DNA of 64,000 bases from positions 97,588,001 through 97,652,000 of the forward strand of contig OX638152.1 of the NCBI GenBank assembly GCA_951804945.1, in the 5' to 3' direction. Shown here in pieces: positions 59,331-64,000 of the stretch. The notes under the pieces are model-generated. The model did not search any database. It was not told where the DNA came from and worked only from the letters and a program-made list of their open reading frames with translations. Each line of letters starts with the position of its first letter. Positions within the stretch are counted from its first letter, which is position 1. The DNA comes from Podarcis cretensis. Taxonomy: Eukaryota. The translations under genes and the position numbers were made by a program.

Positions 59331-60327
59331 AAAAAATAGGTGGACTGTTGACTTAATCCAGGGGAGATGCCTTTATGTTCTTAATGTGAACCAAATATTG
59401 CACTGAAAAATAAAAACCATGCCTTAGTTAGTAAACTATAATAATACAAAAGAACAAAAGAACAAACAGCAGGAAATGCTGACAGCAGGGTCTCTGGAAG
59501 GAGAAATGTACTATGAAGATGCACTGGGCACCAGCAAAAGTTTCAAAACATTCATCTAGACAATTGTCTTCTGCATTAAGATAAATTATGAGCTGTTAGG
59601 AGTCTCTAGGAGTAAAAAGAAGTTTAAATTTTTTAACTGAATCTTGTAGAAAAAACAAAAGAAAGTACGGTAAGTCAATACTCAACATTAACTAGGTTAG
59701 ACTAGAGACTGTGTTATGAAAGCTACACTTTAAAAATAAAATAAAATACAGTAAAATATTTTTAAAATAAGATAAATAATGGTTATTGCTTTGTGTACTC
59801 CACAACATGAAGAAATGATGTCCAGAAAATCAGCATTATTAAGCACACAGATATTCTTTGGAACAAGCTTTCATTGATCTCACCTATGTACATGGTTCCA
59901 TTGTTTTAGACAGTTGGATGGAATTTTCTCCAAATCTAACCTTATCTGTAATTATTACTGCTATTATTATTTTTTGCATTTATTCATTGCTCATGACAGG
60001 AATGTCTCAAAGCAACATACCATTATAGGTTTCAGCCTCAAATCTCTGCCAAAAATCTCTTCTTGGGAATAATTTGTTCAGTCAGGACCTCTTGGGTTTC
60101 TCTGATTGACATTTCTGAAAGGATCAACTGCTGTACACCACATAAGAAGACTGGCTGCTTGTGGGGGAAATGATAGCTTAGATGATAACTTGATTGTAAG
60201 TACCTGAAAAACTGTCCAAAACTGAGTGCAAAAAATGAATATCTGCAGATATTTCTCTGAAAATCTGCCTTTGGTATGGAGCTCCTGGCACACAGGGGTT
60301 TAAAACAATTTCTTCTTCGCTCTGTAT

Positions 60328-60346
60328 TAGCCGCTAGATGGCCCTG
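60328..60346 (+). promoter_or_regulatory. Candidate CTCF site (CCGCTAGATGGC)
   Basis: Close match to the CTCF core consensus; motif only. Confidence 0.45.
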
Positions 60347-60595
60347 TACCTTTCATATACCCTAGTGAAATTTCCTAGACATTTCCCTTCTCACTGGAAG
60401 TGTTGATACATATTCAGCAGCATTGTGATTACTGAACCAATACGGAGTCAATATTAGGGCACTAAAACTTCATTGCTTAAGTGTGTTACGTTAGTCACAG
60501 AAACACTTAGTGCCCCCCCCCAACAAATCTATATGTTTTAACTTTCTATTCTTTGAGGTTCTTAGTATTAAGAAAATGTGGTGCTATATTAACTA

Positions 60596-60836
60596 CAGTG
60601 GTACCTCGGGTTAAGTACTTAATTCGTTCCGGAGGTCCATTCTTAACCTGAAACTGTTCTTAACCTGAAGCACCACTTTAGCTAATAGGGCCTCCTGCTG
60701 CTGCCGCACCGCCGGAGCACAATTTCTGTTCTCATCCTGAAGCAAATTCTTAACCCGAGGTACTATTTCTGGGTTAGCAGAGTCTGTAACCTGAAGCGTA
60801 TGTAACCTGAAGCGTATGTAACCCGAGGTATCACTG
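60596..60836. mobile_element. Tc1/mariner MITE, family B
   Basis: TIRs and TA TSD. Confidence 0.85.
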
Positions 60837-61111
60837 TAATATGTTTTACATGCAGCGTTTTGTGTGTGACCAACGTAACACCACAGCAGTGCAACTTAAC
60901 TTAGCATAGATGTGTTGCCATATGTGCCATTCAAACACCTTTCTTTCTCTGATAGTTTCATACTTATTAAGGGAGCTATCTACGCACAAGAAACAGGCAT
61001 AAAGCAAGTAAGTTAAGCCAGAGTAAAGTTACACCAGACCCAGCTGGTTCATTGGGGGCTGGGTGACTGCTGCTGCTGCTCTGCCAGAGCCTGGCAGTAG
61101 TGGAGCATAGA

Positions 61112-61478
61112 AAAGGTAAAGGACCCCTGGATAGTTAACTCCAGTCAAAGGCGACTATGGGGTTGCGGCGCTCATCTCACTTCCAGGCCGAGGGAGCCGG
61201 CATTTGTCTGCAGACAGCTTTCTGTGTCGTGTGGCCAGCAGGACTAAACCGCTTCTGGTGCAACAGAATACCGTGACGGAAACCAGAGTGGATGAAAACA
61301 CCATTTACCTTCCTGCTGCAGTGGTACCTATTTATCTACTACACTGGCATGCTTTCGAACTGCTAGGCTGGCAGGAGCTGGGACAGAGCAATGGGAGCTC
61401 ACTAGTGGGGATTTGAACGGCTGACCTCCTGATCAGCAAGCCCAAGAGGCTCAGTGGTTTAGACCACAGCGCCACCAG
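61112..61478 (-). mobile_element. Older, diverged Sauria SINE
   Basis: aaaggtaaagg tail and diverged body. Confidence 0.75.
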
Positions 61479-61499
61479 CTCCTTCCTGGCAGTCATAGA

Positions 61500-61860
61500 G
61501 CATACAGTAACCATGGCAACTGTGACAATAATGATGAACAGCGTGCTCATAATCTCTCTTGCTGTATCCCAAAGTGTGGCTGCTGTTTTCCCCACCCCCG
61601 GAAAGAAATCGCGGCAATTTTAAGCCCCTTCCTTTGTGCGTTTCAGAGTTGGAATGCAATCGTAAAAGTTAACACAGCCCTTCATAGGGTTCCTCTTTCT
61701 GCAAAGCCGGAGCTTCATAATGGAGATTTAGTGGGCTGTAAACAGGATGTTGAGCGGTACCCTCCGTCAAAAATTAATGATGGCAACGGAGATTAAACCG
61801 TTCTTCCGTGAAGTTGGAGCGCATAATGCTGGGAGAGGTTTTCAAGCAAGCTTAAAATAG
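61500..61860. promoter_or_regulatory. Candidate conserved non-coding enhancer
   Basis: RFX X-box GTAACCATGGCAAC (61507-20), SOX-like CCTTTGT (61631), posterior-HOX TCGTAAAA (61660), FOX TGTAAACA (61737). Confidence 0.4.
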
Positions 61861-62354
61861 GCTGTTCTCTCCCCCCCCCCCCGCAGGGGTAGCCCCAAGA
61901 GCTCGCTGCTGTCTCCTCCATTCCCCACAGAAAGCTTCACTCCACAAAAGGGAGCAATTCCTAAGCCCTGTAGAAAACCAAGACAATGTTTTTGAGTCAT
62001 TCCAAGTGGGAGCTCTTTTATGTAGCCATCATCTCGTGTATATGAGTTACAGCAGCCTCTATGGCTTGGGACTGGCCCATCTCTATGGTCTTGCCCTAAT
62101 GGAGGTTAGCGATTTCATAAAAGGACGGGATGGTTCGTAGTGGCTGACTCTGGCTCCCTTCCCTCTTCAACAGTGCACCTGCCCAGGTGGGGTCTGGGTA
62201 CATGGCATGAGAGAGCATGAGATTTAAATGTGTGTGTGGGGGGGGACTTAGACTTTCGAGCTGGACTTTGCTGGAAAACCGGGCCCTGAAAAGGGATTGG
62301 ATTGGGTTGGAAGATTGCACAAATTGCTTTCAGGAATCTATACCAACAACGACG

Positions 62355-63425
62355 ACAAACCTGAAGCTTTTCTTTTAGGAATTATAGAGACAGAAGTCCC
62401 CCAAAAGATGATTGAGTTATTTATGTACGTTACAACTGCAGCTAGGATTCTCTACACACACAAAATGGAAAGAAGCAGAAATAGCCACTGAAGAAGAATC
62501 AATAAGCAAAGCGATGGATCACGCAGAACTGACAAAGTTAAGAGATTTTACTTTCTTGGGCTTCATGATCACTGCAGATGGTGACAGCAGTCACGAAATT
62601 AAAAGACGCCTGCTTCTTGGGAGAAAAGCAATGACAAACCTAGACAGCATCTTAAAAAGCAGAGACATCACTTTGCCAACAAAGGTCCGTATTCTTAAAG
62701 CTATGGTTTTCCCAGTAGTGATGTATGGAAGTGAGAGCTGGACCATGAAGAAGGCTGATCGCCGAAGAATTGATGCTTTTGAATTATGGTACTGGAGGAG
62801 ACTCTTGAGAGTCCCATGGACTGCAAGAAGATCAAACCTATCCATTCTTAAGGAAATCAGCCCTGAGTGCTCACTGGAAGGACAGATCCTGAAGCTGAGG
62901 CTCCAATACTTTGGCCACCTCATGAGAAGAGAAGACTCCCTGGAAAAGACCCTAATGTTGGGAAAGATGGAGGGCACAAGGAGAAGGGGACGACAGAGGA
63001 CGAGATGGTCGGACAGTGTTCTCGAAGCTACAAACATGGGTTTGACCAAACTGCGGGAGGCAGTGGAAGACAGGAGCACCTGGCGTGCTCTGGTCCAGGG
63101 GGTCATGAAGAGTCGGACACGACTAAATGACTAAACAACAACAAAAAAGAAGAAGAGAACCTAATGACGAAGGTTTTTTTGGAAGAACCCTTTCCGGATT
63201 ATTTAAAGAAATATTATTGTATGACGAACACCCTAGCAGGATTTGAACTATGAGCAACAGAAGGGATTAAAGATTAGAATAGTTTTGTTAAGGTTTAAGA
63301 GAGAGAAGATGGTGACGCAGAAAAAAACAGAAACATCATGGAAAAGGGGATGGGAAGTCTTAAAAAAGAAGATGATTTTATTATGTATTGAAATACATGT
63401 GTGAATTTTGGACAACTTAATAAAA
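62355..63425 (+). mobile_element. L1/Tx1-clade 3' fragment interrupted by Bov-B
   Basis: KPEAFLLG...MYVTTAARIL before the Bov-B; DYLKKY after it. Confidence 0.7.
62541..63143 (+). mobile_element. Bov-B (RTE) LINE 3' fragment, open frame
   Basis: DFTFLGFMITADGDSSHEIKRRLLLGRKAMTNLDSILKSRDITLPTKV...; (CAA)n tail. Confidence 0.92.
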
Positions 63426-64000
63426 ACAACTTTACACCCACAAACTCCAAGTCATCTGAAGCTTTTCTGTAGGCCTGCCTGCCATTAAATATAGGTGTGT
63501 GGTACCCAGGTAGAAGGTTGGGGTACCCAGTGCATGGAATGTAAATCTTTTGCCCACTTTTGATGTCTTTTTGATGCCAGATGAAGAACATCTGCAGGCA
63601 TTCCAGCATGTTCTATAGCTGGCCAGTTGGATTTCATCACCAATATTTCATCACACTTTGTGCAGCGAAGAAACAAAGCTCAGCTGCTGGGCTCACCAAG
63701 GGCAAAAATTGGATTTCGCCTTCATGCTATATAGTACTTCCAAGTGAACCCCTTTACATTATCCCAAAAAAGTAAGAGGTAAAAATTCACTCCTATGGAG
63801 AAAAGTAAATTCACTACAAACCCCACCTCTAAAGAAACTGATGTGACTTACAAGCCTTTGCTGCACACAGAATCTGGCTGTGGTTCCTTTTTCTTGCTCT
63901 TCCTTTTTCTTTCTTTTTTTCGGCTACCTGTAGAGATTTTTACGATAACTACCCAGCGCTGGAAAATCTCCCCTTAATTTTGCTCTCCATAGGCATTAGC

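Noticed and set aside
62412-63134. 240-aa ORF that looks like a gene
   Set aside because: Chance in-frame junction of an L1 remnant and a nested Bov-B 3' fragment; non-ATG start and no complete RT domain

Overview
Vertebrate genomic DNA, almost certainly from a lacertid lizard: it carries Sauria/Squam1 SINEs, Squam3-type SINEs and Bov-B RTE LINEs. The window holds most of TBC1D4 (AS160, the Akt-regulated Rab-GAP of GLUT4 traffic) on the + strand. I read 19 coding exons from 2634 to the stop at 55325 (3354 nt, 1117 aa in the window), all with GT-AG boundaries and compatible phases. Exon 1 lies upstream of the window. A ~2.3 kb 3'UTR and ~6 kb of downstream intergenic DNA follow. Exon numbers follow the human gene from memory; the 24-nt human exon 12 was not found. 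Introns are dense in young and nested transposons with readable target-site duplications (TSDs). The main observations are: (1) a 603-bp hAT-type non-autonomous element with a perfect 8-bp TSD whose GC-rich cargo includes the start codon and first 14 codons of the XL isoform of GNAL ([14 protein letters not shown]), i.e. a candidate Pack-hAT carrying host-gene sequence; (2) a solo LTR largely occupied by an intact 219-aa ORF with an arginine-rich motif; (3) a frameshifted TBC1D4 C-terminus with the ancestral-type '...NKP*' ending still readable in another frame; (4) a SINE inserted into the exon-18 3' splice region. All homologies are from recall, with no database search, and need confirmation.
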